Notes: generated from the sequence alone by a model not told the origin. A stretch of 64,000 nucleotides of DNA from Cycas panzhihuaensis (GCA_023213395.1 CM041465.1:129525741-129589740); one strand, 5' to 3'; positions 1-15,108 are shown, counted from the stretch's first letter. Numbers and translations are program-made.

Positions 1-2675
1 TTACTAGTTATTACTTTGGCCATTAACATAAAGTTAGCTTGCAGTTTCTGTGACTTGGTTCTCTTGGTATCTGATGCATCACCAATATCAGAACTAGTAG
101 TCGAAAAGGTTTTTTAAGCCCAAACTAACTATTTATTTCTTGAAGAAGAATTAGAAGTGGAAGATTCATTAGAAAAAATTGGTAGATTAGAAGTGGATAG
201 ATCTAACATACTAGGTTTAGTTAAGGTCCAGTTCTGAACTTGTGTGGATAAACTATCAATTAGTTCACTATCCGCTTATTTTTCTAAGAGGTCTATTAAA
301 TAAGTATTAGTTAATAAGCTTTCAACAAGAAGTTCTATATGATTGATTTTTGATAAATATCCCTCTTCATCAAAAATAACATTACACAAAATTAAGACTT
401 TATGTGTGATTAGATCTAATAATCTATAGGCTTTACTTTCTTCATTATATCTAATGAAGATAAATTTTTCACTTTTGGGGTTGAGTTTATTTTGTTTTTC
501 CCTTGGAATATGTCCCCAAGTAGTGCTTCCAAAGACTCTAAGATGTTTTACAGACAGTTTTTGGCCAGACTACTTTTGTTCTGGTGTAGCTTACTATAAG
601 GGCTTACTTAGTCAATGGTTTAATAGATAATTGGAGAACGTTATTGCTTTAACCTACAACTTTAAGTTAAGAACTTTTCCATGTATCATACATTTAGTCA
701 TTTCCATAAGAGTATGGTTCTTACATTTAGCAACACCATTCTGATGAGGAATATAAGCAATAGAATATTAAAATCTAATTTCATGTTTTTTACAATATGA
801 AGTAAATGTATTACTTAAGTGCTTTTTTACATTGTTAGACTTGAAGATTTTATTTTTTGAGTTAGATTGGTTTTCAACTAATATTTTAAACTCAACAAAA
901 ATATCAAATATTTAACTTATAGTTTTAAGCATGTAGACCCAACATTTCCTAGAGAAGTCATCGAGAAAAGTAATAAAATATTTACTTCTAGAGTACGATT
1001 ATACTTGGAAGGGACCACAAATATCTAAGTGTAGAAGTTCGAGTGAAACTTTTGCTTGAAATAATGTTTGATATATAAAGGGATCCATGTGTTGCTTACC
1101 TATTACACAAGCTTTACAAACACTATAAATAGTAGATAGGGATGGAAGCCCATATACCATATCATTTAGATATTGTAGTTTGCCATAACTTGTATGGCTA
1201 AACCAAACATTCCATAGCTTACTAACTGGGTTAGATTTAACTATAAAGGTACTAAAGGATTTAGTTTTGGATTGATTTATATTTGTTAAACTATACAAAC
1301 TGATTTTGTAATTAGCAAGTCCTAAAGCAATAGTTTTAAATTTATTGAAAGGTTGTTTAATAATGAATTTGCCTTTCTAGAATTCAACAATAAGGTCTTT
1401 CAAGCAAATTTGATAAATAGATAAGAGATTAGGAAGCAAGCTTAGAATATAAAATACATATTTGATTGAACCATCCTTTAATGTAACATCATGAGTACCT
1501 TTGACTTTCAATTGAGATCCACTTCTAAAAGAAATTTCCTCTTCAGAATTAAGAGTAGATTGATAGGTAGTTAAGTATTCTTGGTGACTTGTCATATAAT
1601 AGAATACACTAGAATCTAAGATCCACAAAGGTAGTTATGAGATAGGGACAAAAAGTGTTGATGTGGTGGTAGTTAAAGAATAATTAGAGTTATGGGATCA
1701 TGATTGGATCCCTTTAGAAGCTTTCCAGGCTTTAGAAGCAATTCTATTCCTACATACATCTATTATATGCCCTATTTTATGGTAGTAGGCATAACTAACA
1801 TTCTGATTAGAGTTATAATTGAAAATATTCCATTTTTATAATGGTTCTTTAGAAGTAATCTAGCTTTTTGGTGGTTTAGAGTACTTGGAATTTTGATTAA
1901 AGCTATTTAAAGAAGAACCTCTATGAGGTTTTTAGAATTTTGGATAATTATCATGATTATTTTTATGGTTATTTTGGTTTTTAGATTTGTTTAATGGCTT
2001 AATCTTAGAAAAATGAGCTTGGTAAGGATCTTGTAATTTTCCAATCTGAATTAACATTATTTGGTATTCAATCAATTGATTTGTTAACTAATTAAAAGTT
2101 ATTAAAGGATATCTAGCCTACTGCATAGCAACTTTGAAGAGATTAATGTGTTTAAGAAGTTTATTAATGGTTAGATGGATGAGTATATCGTCATCTTTTA
2201 CATATGTGATAGTTATAACTTTATCATCTTCTTTTGATGTAGATTTTATATAATCTCCTAAGTCTTTATTGATGAGTTAAAGTTTTGATAAGAAATCCTT
2301 AACTTTGGAGAAATCTTCATAGTCTAGATCATACATTTATTATTTGAGTATGGTTAGCTTTCATACATCAACCTTATCATACTTCTCCTTAAGTGTGTTC
2401 CAAATAAAGACAAGATTATCTATTTTACAGAAATGGCTGCTTATATCTAGCGAGAGAGAGGATACGATGGTGCTTAGGACTCCATCGTGGTTCATCAAAT
2501 ATACCATATAGGCTTTTGATTTAGTGTATGTGGGTTTTGTAAATTCTCTTGTAACATATCATCAAAGATTTTGTTGCTTAAGGTAATGGGATATTCTAGT
2601 TTGCCAGTTAGCATAATTAGAGCCAGTTAAAATTAGAATTATAGTACTGGAGGTTGTTCCTAGCATGAGTGCCAT
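1..2675 (-). pseudogene. Decayed Copia gag-pol (gag, zinc knuckle, protease, GAG-pre-integrase, integrase)
   Basis: Minus-strand translation: LTGSNYANWQTRI (gag N-terminus), degenerate knuckle near 1760-1800, WILDSS (protease, 1628), CKACVIGKQH and LELLHLDICGP (integrase); many stops. Confidence 0.9.
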
Positions 2676-3754
2676 ATTGGGCAAGAAACTAATGACTAGA
2701 GATCCTCTTTAATACAAATTTAAGAGAATGAGAAGGTGAAAAAAGAGATATTAAGCCATAATTAAATATAATCACAACATTTGATTTTAATTAAGAGAAA
2801 ATATCATCGATTAATTGTGAAGTAAGTAAGTGTGAATAAATATAGATGTATTATTAATTTTAGTAAATAACACAAAGAAATGGACCCTTTAACATATTAA
2901 AAGTTGATTGTGAGTAATCAAAAATTGTAAATTTAATTATACACTTGAAAAATTAAATCAAATGTATAAACATTTATATATTTATAGCATTATTTATATT
3001 AAATAATAGTGAAATAGTGATTTAATTATTTGCTTAGTAAACTACATGAATTTATTAAAACTTAAATAAGAAAATGATGTAGTTAACTAATGCATTTGAT
3101 AAATGATTAAATGTGTATTAAATTAAAGTAATAATTTTTAAAAATGTAAAAGAAAATTATTGGTTAAAGTCATATACCTTAACTTACCTAGTCATCATTG
3201 GATGCTTTACTTTGCATGAGATTTTATGAATCAAGATGGCATCTAAATTACTTAAATGACCAGTCAAAACATCCACATATGAATCAGGAATCCAATGCAA
3301 CTTTTGGACCTAAATTTGGAGTCCAGATGAAGAAGATATGCCTAAAAAAGTATAGGTACCCTATTTGAGGTGAGGGGGACTAAAAATTAGGGGTTAAGCC
3401 CCTTTTAGGATTAGAACAAGGTCACATGGCTGGTTAATATGACTAGGGGCTAGCAAGAAGGGGGTTGGTAGACTTAAGTTACAATTCCAATTTGGTTAAA
3501 TTTAATTAAAACATTTGGAAAAAAAAAAACTTGGTCAGAGATCCAAAATCTGATTAAAGCAGATTTTATTATTTTTACATTTGCAAAAATATTATAGAGA
3601 ACTTAAAGAAAGTTTTACTTCTACTATAATCCAAAAAATAAATATATAATATTAGTTACCCTAAGTATTAGGGTTTCAAAGGATTTTACCCAAATTACAG
3701 GGCTATGCTAATGGATTTCTTATGGTGCAATAGTGTTTAGGATCTAGTTGTAGG

Positions 3755-3843
3755 ATTTGCAGGCTTCGAGTGAAGGATCAACTGGGAAGGTATTACAGGC
3801 TTTGAGTAAAGGATTGACTGGGAGGGTATTACAGGCTTTGAGG
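3755..3843. repeat. 36-bp tandem repeat (~2.5 copies) in the leader of element A
   Basis: Unit tattacaggctttgagtaaaggattgactgggaggg; it explains the repetitive 84-aa ORF at 3757-4011. Confidence 0.8.
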
Positions 3844-4464
3844 GCCTCTCTGTTCTATAGCATCTTCTATTCTCTTTATACTATGGATGATAACAACCAC
3901 GCGAATAACATTTCCTCCTATCTAAGATCCCAAGGTCAAGCTACAATCTTCAAACTAACGATGGATTGGGTACATTATAGTAGCCATGGATGGATAGACA
4001 GGCACCAATAACTCCACATAAGTGTAATAGTAGTTAGGTGAACAGATAATGAAGGAGACCAAGATGCAAGTTATAATGATCACAATGACTAAGCGTAAAC
4101 ATCATGTCACACTTACGGATAAAGCTACACATACTAGAATGCCCCTCTAACTTTGTTCAGATAACTCCTTCATCTACAACTAGCTAATAAATCCCTTGTA
4201 TTATGCATTCTCCTCATGAGATAGGCATCTCTCTAATTTAGGTACTTGGTTATTGCATCTCTCTTCAGTTTATGTTTGAGATGCAATGGCATCTAGCATG
4301 ATGGTTTAATAATATCTCTTCTTTGTTTAATTGAGACTAGCAGCTATTGTTATCATGCATAGACTCCATTTTTTATAGATCTTAGATCAAATTGATGTAG
4401 TTTGAAATAATTTACAAAATCTTTGTTTGGATCTTCCTCCATTCAAAACCCTTCTCTGATATCA

Positions 4465-4900
4465 TGTTAGAGAGAGGGTATCAATTTATAAACATATGCA
4501 TAATCACAGAATATTAATTATAAATCTAATCAAAAAAGATACACTAGATATGGCAGGTGGAAAACCCTTTTAAGGGAGAAAAAAACACCTCTTAAATAAT
4601 AATTTTATAATAATAATAAATTGGATACATGAAGAAATGATGAGGAGGATCTCATCCTCTCTCTATAGTTTTTGGTCAGCCTCCACTACCTACTTAACCA
4701 TACCAGCCAGCCTCCCAAATCTTCCAAGTCAACCATGCTTGAAAGATTCCAGAATAATTATGGGAGAGAGGTTTGTTGAAATGGACAATTGTCAATTTCC
4801 CCAAACTTTTTATAATAACATATTAAGTTTTAATTAAATGCATACATTATTCAATAGTTAGATATAAAAGATAACATTACGGTAAATGATATTTCTAACA
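4465..4900 (-). repeat. 5' LTR of element A (436 bp)
   Basis: Inverted termini TGTTAGA/TCTAACA; adjacent ctctgatatca is the reverse complement of a Met PBS. Confidence 0.85.
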
Positions 4901-7648
4901 GATACCATTATTATTTTATTTAAGTTGTTCTCTTCACATTACACATTATAACTCTCAAAATGAGTAACATTGGATAACCCTCTCTCTAAAATTCCAAGAG
5001 TCCATAATCAGTTAGAAAAGATGTTAGATGAGTCTAATTGAACCATTTAAACCCTTCCTTATTTGCCACCATCATAATGGGCTCACTCTACCTAACAAAA
5101 TAAGGTATATAATTTATAAAATTAGTAGAACCCTAATGTCCAAAATTTAGGAATGTTAATTATTAGAATTTTAGAAAGAAGGGCCTTAAGTATAAAGTGC
5201 ATTTAACCACCTCATTAAAGATTTATGGATGATTTCTTAACACTAAAGACTTTATATTTTATCGTAAGACCTACCTTCCATTGCTTGATTCAACCATAAT
5301 TTTAAATTAGAAGTTATTTACTTATTTTCAAAAGGGAAGGGAAGTCTCATTATTTGGTTTGAAATGAGAAGTCACATAATATAACCCATTATAAGGTATT
5401 TTTATATGTAATGCCCTTAGCCCAAGGGTAGAACCATGACATTAATATTCTCCCTTTACACTACCCATCTTAGTATAATTCTCCCATATGCTAGATATAA
5501 GAATGGTATCCATGTCTTATTCTTAAGCACAAATGCAATCCTAACAAATAGTAATTATCCTCCTCATGTGATCTAAGATCATTTCATTATTAGACCTACT
5601 AATATAGCCCATTATGGTCCACCTATATGAACTCATACATAGTTCCACTACTGTGAATCCATACAATCCTTACTTTCCTCAAACAAATTTATTGATCGAT
5701 CCATGAGAGGAGTACCTTATTAAGTGGTATAATTTAAGGTAATATATGGAATATATTACCATATAGAATCATCATTTAAGCGGTCAATCAGATATCATAA
5801 TTTAGAGACCAACATCTCAAGGGTGCCTTAACACTCCTCCACTAATGCGAAATGAGTGCAAATCTACTACTATGAACTTTATATCATTTTTAGAACTAAA
5901 ACTATGAGAGATAAAATCATTATATAATAATTGCATAGATCAACGTAGTTCATGGTTATCTCACATGTGCATTCTCATTCCTTTCTAAGATGGCCATTCA
6001 TCTCAGGGTCACTTTTTCTCAACAAATCACATATGAGAATCACCTTATGACCTACCCCTTCCCAAGTACTCAATGCACCTTAGGTCATATAAACATATCA
6101 TAGAGTAGTTGAGTTTATACCATGGTCTTATAGTCTTTTGGGGTTTTATTCTTAATATTTATTATTATGAATTATTTCATATAGCATACAATAATTTCAT
6201 CATATGTAAGCAATGACTATCAATGTCCAAGTATAATAAAGTAAAGTATAATCATGATTTGTATTTGTGCACTAGTTTATTTGTAGTTGAATAACAAAAT
6301 ATATAAGAAAACATTATGCATCATAAATTACTACCACAACTACAACAAAAAATAAACATAAATTCAAATGACAAGTCTATGTATACATGTGGATTTATAC
6401 CATTGTAATTTGAAAGCATTCATTAACATATCTTTCCTAAATGAATCCATGATATACACTATCTTTCATTTTTTAAGACATGTTATAATGTTTTAGTTCA
6501 TTATTTCTATAATATTAAAACATATTAGGTACATTATCATTGTTACTAAAACATGCATAATGTGCATTCATTGGTTCCATTAATGTCTCCATTTTTTTAG
6601 CCTAGGTTTTTCACCTTTTATTTTCAAAACTCTATTATTACTATCTATTTTGAGTAATAAATGAAAAATTTCTCATTTATTTAATAGAGTTATATGTGTA
6701 TTAATCTCATAACTATATATTTACTTTTAAATTTGAAAGATAGAGAATAATTTCTAAGTGGTATGTTATGTCCCTAGCAAAGCTTAAGGTTCTTATTTAT
6801 ATTATTAAGCCGAGTATAATCATTACATTCTTTGCTCTATATATTATGTACTATATTTATTTATTTTATGTTGTACCTATATAGTACATAATAGAATTTA
6901 TAAATCAACCCTAGGATTATCCTTTTATTTCAAAATAAGGATTTATTAATTTTATTTGCATATATTATTAATTATTCCTATATTTATTCTCAACACTCAA
7001 ATTTTGATTTTTAGTTACAAATATATGTTTAAGGTAGTTGTATAGTACTATGTGCATAATAGACTATATGATACTATATATACAGCCATATTACTCTTAC
7101 AACACTAATTTATAATTATTAGCATCCATATCATATTGTATGAATTGGAGTTTATCAAATTAAGTTAGAAAATTAATGTTCAATAACTTTAATTTTGATT
7201 TTTACCATTTTTGACTAATTAACATGCTATTGTATGGATTGCACATATAATAGACAATACAATACTATGTATGTAGTTGTATAACAAACTTAGAACCCTC
7301 TTTTTTCCTATTTTTATCTTAGAAATTAATTTAGCACTTTTTAAGGTATTTTTCATCAAATAATAAAAATCTCATTTATAAATCCTTATTTAAATATGGT
7401 ATGGTCTTGTACAGACCTATTAGTAACCATACAACTATAATAGAGCTATAAAGTTCATATAACTAGAGATGTATAGTCTATACGACTACTTAGGGCATCA
7501 TTTCCTCTATATAATATTTTATTCTATGTTCTTGGAGATGACCTTTGTTTTAAAGCTTAAACGCCACTTAGTTGGAGGAAGAAGAAGGGTATATCCATGT
7601 AAAAGCATTTTTAATTTTAAGAAATAATTATGAGCATAGGCTCGATGT

Positions 7649-7972
7649 TGTTATAGTAGCTAAGTATTATCCACATGGTTAATGTAAATGTCATTTAATT
7701 AGTGAGTTGATTAGTTAAATGGCCATGATTAACAAAGGCATCTCTTTATTTGGGCATATCATATGGGACTAAATATATACCGAGACCTAAGTTATATGTA
7801 TCAACTCATTATAGTGTAATCAAAGTAATGATTGATTTGGCTTGGTGGATTTTTTCCTAAAAGGGCTTTCCCATATATATCTAGTGTATTATTCTATGTT
7901 GCTTAATGCTTATTATGCATGTTAAAGATTTGGATATATGTTGTGCATATTAAACCATTCACAATCTTCACA
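7649..7972 (+). repeat. 5' LTR of element B
   Basis: Matches 33718-34045; followed by decayed PBS tagcattatatc. Confidence 0.85.
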
Positions 7973-9335
7973 TAGCATTATATCTTGAAGGAACTAAATA
8001 GTTAAGGCACTGAGTTGAGAGAAGCCCATTGAAATCTATGACTACCTCTTAACTAGGGTAGGAGCCCTCTTTTAGGAATTTCAATTACTTCTGCAACCAA
8101 AAAAGGATATACTAAAGGTTTTAGGTATTAAAGAGGTGAAATTCACCTATCAATAAGATTTTACGTATGTTTATCATTATAAATTAGTGTTAATCACTAT
8201 CCAAACCATGTCGGGCTTGCATTGAAGCTATATAAGGCTAGTATGGTAAGTTAGGCACTCCAATTGCATTTTGGGTTGCATTTATTAGTGATTTGATAGT
8301 GTTGGGATACGTTGGGCTTAATATGAGAGTGTTGGGATCTACTTAAAGATCATTTGGACATGTTTGACATTGGATTATTATGCTTAGATAATAGAGAGGC
8401 TATTGGCACCTTCTATAAGCATGATTGAGCTTATTTTAGGGTATTTTATGCTTGTTTTTAGAAGTGTAGAGTTGCATAATGTTATTTTGGGCATTTTGAA
8501 GCATATCAGAGGTTGAGTGAGTATTATTTATAGAGAAAACATGTTATTTGACCTTGTTAGTTTGTATTTATACCTATACATTATTGTGGGTTTATGTTTG
8601 AAGCCATGGATAAGTTGTTGCTTTATGTTAAACAATCATAGGTTATTTTTTAGGTCATGCATGTCTTGATTAATAGTGGACATAGCTTGCGAAGCCATGC
8701 AGAGGCGATGATCGAATTCAAGATATGTTATTTATGTTGAACCCATCAGTGGCTCTTTATCATTGAAATTTGATATATACTAAGATTAAAACCTTAGTAA
8801 GTATATTACAAATATTAAAATATATATTAAACATGTGATTTAAGTCACAGTTATTTTAAAAACTCACATGCATGACTTTTAAAGAGCGTAACTACCAATT
8901 TAAGGGGATATACCTTTTTAAATCTTTAAATTGAGAATATTAAAAAGAGGAAAGCCATTGCATACATGCCACTTGACCATTTTATTTTAAAATTATCAAT
9001 TTGAGAATTTTTTATGATTTCTTAAGTTTTTCATTTAGATTTACCATTTTGAAGTTTATATTACTATGATTTTAAAATATTTTTATTGTTTAAATCTAAT
9101 TTGAAGGGTTTATTAGTGTGTTTTGGTAGCCCATTCACAATGGGTGTAAAAGAATTGAGCCTTGACCTAATGCTAGTTTGATGGTGGTGAAGATATACAC
9201 TCAAAAATATTAAAATATTATATTTTTCGGTGAATTGATAGTGAACGAAGGTTGATCAGTATGTAGGATGTTGCCAAATTAACTAAATTTCAAGTAGTTT
9301 GATGCAAAAACTCATTTGTAAGCCTATTTCTTATA

Positions 9336-11074
9336 ATGGAGAAGATAATACCCCCTAAGTTATCTTTAATAGGAACAACTTCAGTGAGTAGAAGGTGAAC
9401 CTGGAGTTGGTGTTGATGGTGAATAACTATAGAAGATCACCAAAGACAAGCTGCTAGCCAGTTTGTTAGATAAGAAGAAGAGAACTCAATTAGAACAAAA
9501 GTGATTTATGGTTATAGGACTATTGAATTTGTCTCTAATGTTAAACCATAGGGCTATAGTCTATAACCTAGAGAAGCCAAATGAAATTTGGGTAAATTTA
9601 TGTGAAACATTTAAGAAGAAGAAGATAAATCAGCATGTTGCTTTGATGATGGAGCTTCTTAACATTATAGTGGAATATAAAAGCAACATAAGCACCTACT
9701 TAAATAAGATAATAGATTTGAGGAACAAATGGAGGAGATAAAACTTGGCTCAATGGATGGTGCACTATTATTTGTGATAATCATGTCAAAATTATCAATG
9801 CCATTTGGAACTTTTCAAACCATCTATGCAAAGGAATAAGTGATGAAAAGTGAATCATTTGAGTCATTGAAGAATCTCATTCTAGTTGAGAATGCTAAGT
9901 TGAAGCACCATAGTATACTTAATGGTTTTCAATCTAACCATGCCTTAGCCACAAAGACAAAAATGAAAGATGGTGTTCAAGAAGGAAAGTGTGCACAAAA
10001 GTTAGGAGAAGCATCTCAAGAGAAGAAGAAGTTTGCTAATAAATATAATTACTATAACAATGATAATCATAAAGAGAAATTGTATTAGGTTAAAAGGTAG
10101 GATAAATGTAAAGTAAACTAGGATGATAAGGGGAAGGGTGTTGCAACTTATTATGGAGACTGTCATCCTTGTTAATCAAATCTAATAAAAATGACTATTA
10201 GATTTTGGAATTAAGTATATATAAACACATCTCTTTTTGGAAGTAAAATTTTAATGCATGGAATGCTCATCTTAATGATGTAAAAATCATTCTTTAAGAT
10301 ATGAGCATGGCGTCTATTGAGGGTATTGTCATCATTCACTTGTAGGTGGAAAATTCAAGGAGTATACTGCACACTTAAGATGGAAAAGGATCTTCTATTA
10401 GCCTAGAAGATATGTAAATATAATATGAAGGATGAGTTCTTTAAAGACAAATGCATAATTAAGGATTCAAAGTAGAATTTTTCTATCACTGTTATCAAAA
10501 GAGTGAAGGATGATTTTTGGGTATTCAACAAGTTTGAAGCTCAGAATCAAACCTATGCTTTTACTGTCATCATAAATGGCATGAGAAAACTATGGCATGA
10601 ATGCCTTCATCACCTTAATTACAAAAGAATTACACATATAAATCATTTTAAAATGGTGGAAGGATTACCCCATGTTTCTTGTTTAAAGGGCATGATGAAG
10701 GACATATGTATGGGACGCATCACTACTATCCTTTTGCTTAGGATTATGGTTAACAAAGCAAGGAGAAGCTAGAGCTCATATATACTAATTTCATAGGTCC
10801 ACTCTTAAACCCTTATATATTTGGAGCTCATTATACTTTGGTCTTTATAGATGACTATACCAAAATGGCTTGGGTATATTTCCTAAAGAGTGAGCCTAAA
10901 GTGTTTGACTACTTTCGAGAATAAAAGGTATGTGTTAGAAATAAGCGTGATAAGAAAATTAAGATTTTAAGAAGTGATAATAATAAGTATAATAATCATA
11001 TGTTTAATCAATGATATTTAGATCATGGTATTAAATAGGAACTAACCATCCTATATACTCCACAACAATAATGG
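9336..11074 (+). pseudogene. Element B gag, protease and 5' integrase (decayed)
   Basis: Collinear with M gag-pol (e.g. EIWVNLCETFKKK, LWHECLHHLNY, FIDDYTK); cut by insertion C at 11075. Confidence 0.9.
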
Positions 11075-12196
11075 TATTGGAAATAAGGTGTGAAGCTAAT
11101 ATGTATCCAATAATAAACAAGAAGTGATGAGTGAAAGAATAATGAAATGAAGCATAATATAAATAAAGCATATACAAGTTAAACATAATAATGGTAGAAG
11201 AATGGCCAAACTTCAAATTATATAATGATAATATACATACTTATAATATAATTTATAACATATGTGAGAACCCTCAAGGTCAACTATTATATGTTGTCTT
11301 ACATTTCTATATGGCACACAACTCTAAGTGACCTATAATATAAAATATAATAATATATGAAAGAGTGTGAATAGGGGTTAACCATGTAATTGGATATTAC
11401 ATCCAACATTCCTCCCTATAATAAATAATTATATCAAATAACAAATGTCACATCAAGCCAATATGAATTGAGTTTTAAAATCTCTAGTAAAATATAAGTT
11501 GCTATAATAATATAAAGTGTTACTATTGTTCATATGAAGTAGGCTCCATATATTGAACCATGTGGGTAACCAACCATTGTAACTACCTATTAATTAGGAT
11601 GATGCTTTGTATACATGGTATAGTTAGTGCCAAATCAACTTCATCCTAGGAATACATTGTCCTATATAGCCAAAAAGTAAGCTAAAGAACAATGTATAAG
11701 AGTATTTAGAGGGTTGGAGTGACTAGTTCAAATGAGAATGCAATCATTGGTGAAGTCTAGTCAGGGTTACGGTGGTGCACAGGGCTAGGTGACCTTGCGA
11801 GACTGGAATTTCTATAAAACAGAGATAGGGTACGGTTCACCCATTGTAATGGGGTGAGTGATGGCCCTCTAAGAGCAAATGGAAGGCTACCTGAGAGGCA
11901 TTCAAGGAGATCATGATAAAGAGACAGAGGAAGGTGGTCTAGGAGGCTTTCAAGTAGATGTAACTACCACCTGACCCTAAGTCCATGTGTTGTGCCTTAA
12001 ATAATAAGGGGAAATAAGATATGTAACACAGTAATCAAAGACAAGCTCTACATCAAGGAGAAGATGAAGTGATGGTACAAAGAGGACAGCTCTAGAAAGG
12101 ATCTATTGGTCAGCCTCAAAGCAATGAGATGGGCGAGTAGCTAGCTAGCTTGGTAGCTTTTTATTATCTTTTGATTAGTTAAATTTTATAGATAGA

Positions 12197-13522
12197 ATGG
12201 CAGAAATAATTAATACGAACTAAACCCAATCCTCCCCTTCGAGAAGGAAATACTGAGATGTTTCAAGATCTAGAGACTCATAAACATATAAGATAGAGCC
12301 AATCTACTAAAATAATTTGATTAAAATACATGTTCCCAAAGATCTAACTAAAAGGACAAAGAAATAGTGGGAGAACAACCTCGTAGGTAGGTTCTCAAGG
12401 CCCAGACCAGGGCTTGATATCATCAGAAAATGGGTGGTGAGCAAGTGGAGAACAAAATCCTTAGTGGAGGTTATGGTTATGCCTAAAGGATGCACCATGT
12501 TCAGGTTTTCTAATATATATGATAGGTATTTTATTGAAATCCCCTTGGATGTTAGGGCAGAAAGTAATAACATTGGAAAAGTGGCATCCAGGTTTTGACC
12601 CTTCGATAATCATAGTGAAATAGGCCTCAATTTATGTCCAGATGCTAGGGCTACCACTACAGTTATGGAACTTAGAAGTAATAAAAGGTGTTTCAAGAGT
12701 TATAGGCCCTTTATTGGCCATAGACTAAGCAACAAAGAATAGATCTTGACTAATAAATGCTAGATTTTGTGTCTTAACAAGACTCGACAAAAGTCTCCCA
12801 GAAGAAGTCAGGATTGAATATGGTGGATGGAATATTGACTAGAAGTTGGTCTATGAGTTGGACAATTTTAGATGTTCCAGATGTAGAAGCCTAGGGAACC
12901 TCCCTATAAAATGTCCCAAGGACCTGAAAAAGGAGGAGGAAGTAGAGAAGGAGGGCCCGACCATAGGGCTAGAAGAGGAGGCAAGGGAACAAGGCACATG
13001 TGAGGCCTAGATGACAGTCGTGGAGGAGACCTATAAGGATGAGGAGATGAAGGAGGGAGAGAAGACAATAAATTAGGAAGAAGAGGATACCTTCTCTGAG
13101 GAAGGAGAGGAGAAGGATGCGTCAAGAGGATAGGAAGAGGGGAAGTATGGGTTGGTATAGGCTAGGTGCAAGGCCAATTGTGAGGGTCTAGAAAGTATGC
13201 AACCTATGGAGGACCTAACTATGAGGGATGGGGAGGAAGGGATGGTTAGTGTAGAATGAATATGGATTATAAAGAGGAAAGGGAAACAAGAGGAATGGGC
13301 AAGCTAAAGGAGAGGCCCTAACTTAGGTAGCGATATGAAAGTGGGTAGTGATAGGAAAGGAGAGGCCCTGACTTGGGTAGCGATAGGAAATGGAAATGAC
13401 TTCCCAAATAGATCAAGGATATCAATGAACCTTGAAGGGAGGGATAACTAAAGGACCATTTTTTAGGAGTAAGAGATGATCCCCATGATGCCAAGGGCGA
13501 GAGGGCCTATAGTAGGCTATGA
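12197..13522 (+). pseudogene. L1a ORF1 (DUF4283/RRM-like plus zinc knuckle), decayed
   Basis: WENNLVGRF, VMPKGCTMFRFS, LEKWHPGFDP, FRCSRCRSLG; matches L1b ORF1. Confidence 0.85.
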
Positions 13523-14834
13523 GGCTAATCTCATAAAATATTAAGGGCTTAAATGCTCCTTCTAAGTAGAGAGTCGTTAGAGATATGAGAGATATATTGG
13601 GAGGGGATGTTATGATGCTTCAAGAAACTAAGCTAGAGAAAGGAAAAGGGTTAGAGGTGAAAATTAAGGTTTGGAGGAACAAGGAGTTACTAGCGAGAGA
13701 AGGTTCTTAAGGCTTGGGAGGTATGGCAGTTCTCTAGAATCTAAGAGTTTAGAATGGGATATTTGTGGTATAGGAGGATCATTTTATGATGATTTGCTTC
13801 ACCTGTAGAAGGATGAACTCATAATGGTTAGCTACCAACTTTTATGCCCCAATAAGATAAAAGGAAGGAAGATCCTATAGGATAGGATTATGGAAGCTTA
13901 TAGAGACTAGAAGGGCTCCTTACTGGTAGTAGGGGACTTAAATTCAACCCTGACCCCAAGAGAAAAGAAAAGGGGGCAAGAGGGTTAGTCTAGAAGTATG
14001 ATGGATCTGGGAGAATTCCTGCAAAAAGAGGGTCTGATAGATGTCCCATTAGGTGGAGCCAAGTATACCCGATTGAATAGAAGATCAAAAGATAACCACA
14101 TCTAGATAAAGCTTGGCAGGGTGTTGATCAATTATGAATGGATAAGGATCCATCATGACATCAAATTAGAAGCTCTTCCAAAGGTGGCCTCTGACCATTC
14201 ACCATTGATGCTTGAGTTTCATACCGAGGGAAAACACCATGGGGCCCCCTTTAGGTTCAAACTAAAAAGGTTTAATGTCACAAGGTCATTACATTAGTTG
14301 ATTATTTCTAACAAGGGTCTTAAGTGAACTTTAAATTAGATCACTTAAGTGAAATGCACTTTCATGTGCATTATATATAATTTCATTTCACCTAACTCTA
14401 ATGCTCCCTCTCTCAATATAAAAGTAAAAGCTTAATAAAGGAGGCACATTCTTACCTCCCCATTTTATGAGAACTACTTTCTTTCTCTCAAGTCTCTCTT
14501 GCTCTCATGTTTGCCTTTGTGTTTAATATAAGGAGATGAAGGATAGATCAACTCTTTTCATGTGGTATCAGAGTGGCTAGGGTTCAAAATCAGTCATGTC
14601 TACCATGGTAGCGCACTTGGACATATGTGAAGGTGTTGGAGGTGACACCGAGAAATGTCGTGATGGACATGCATGGTATGTAGGTATAGTTGACTCCTCA
14701 TAATGGGGGAGTGTTGGAGTACGTGACACTAACTATCATGAGGAAGTCCTCTTCCTAAATCACCTCGGGGCTTTTGATGTAACGATGGCCCATGACAAGT
14801 GGTTGAATACATTAAATGCCACCCAAATAAGTTC

Positions 14835-15060
14835 TACTAGCTTACATGTAGATAATCAATCTATAATCCAAATAGCTAAAAATCCTATATTTCATAATTG
14901 TACTAAGCATATAAGTATAAAAGTCCATAGGATTATAGAACTAGTTTATGATGGCCTAATTCAATTGGAGTATTGCCCCACAGCAGATCAAGTGGTTGAT
15001 ATCTTCACTAAACCATTGAAGAGGGTGAAGTTTAAAAAGTTCTGAAAGCAACTAGGCCTT
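14835..15060 (+). pseudogene. Copia RNase H C-terminal fragment inside element D
   Basis: LHVDNQSIIQIAKNPIFHNCTKHISIKVH...CPTADQVVDIFTKPL. Confidence 0.92.
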
Positions 15061-15108
15061 AGGGCCTCCATCTCTGATTGATTAAAGGGGATGACAATAG
15101 GACCATCA

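Larger units (their letters stand above)
1..4900 (-). mobile_element. Element A: Ty1/Copia LTR retrotransposon, 5' part (3' part lies beyond the left edge)
   Basis: 5' LTR 4465-4900 (TGTTAGA...TCTAACA), Met-tRNA PBS at 4454-4464, ~1.8 kb leader, then gag-PR-INT order on the minus strand. Confidence 0.85.
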
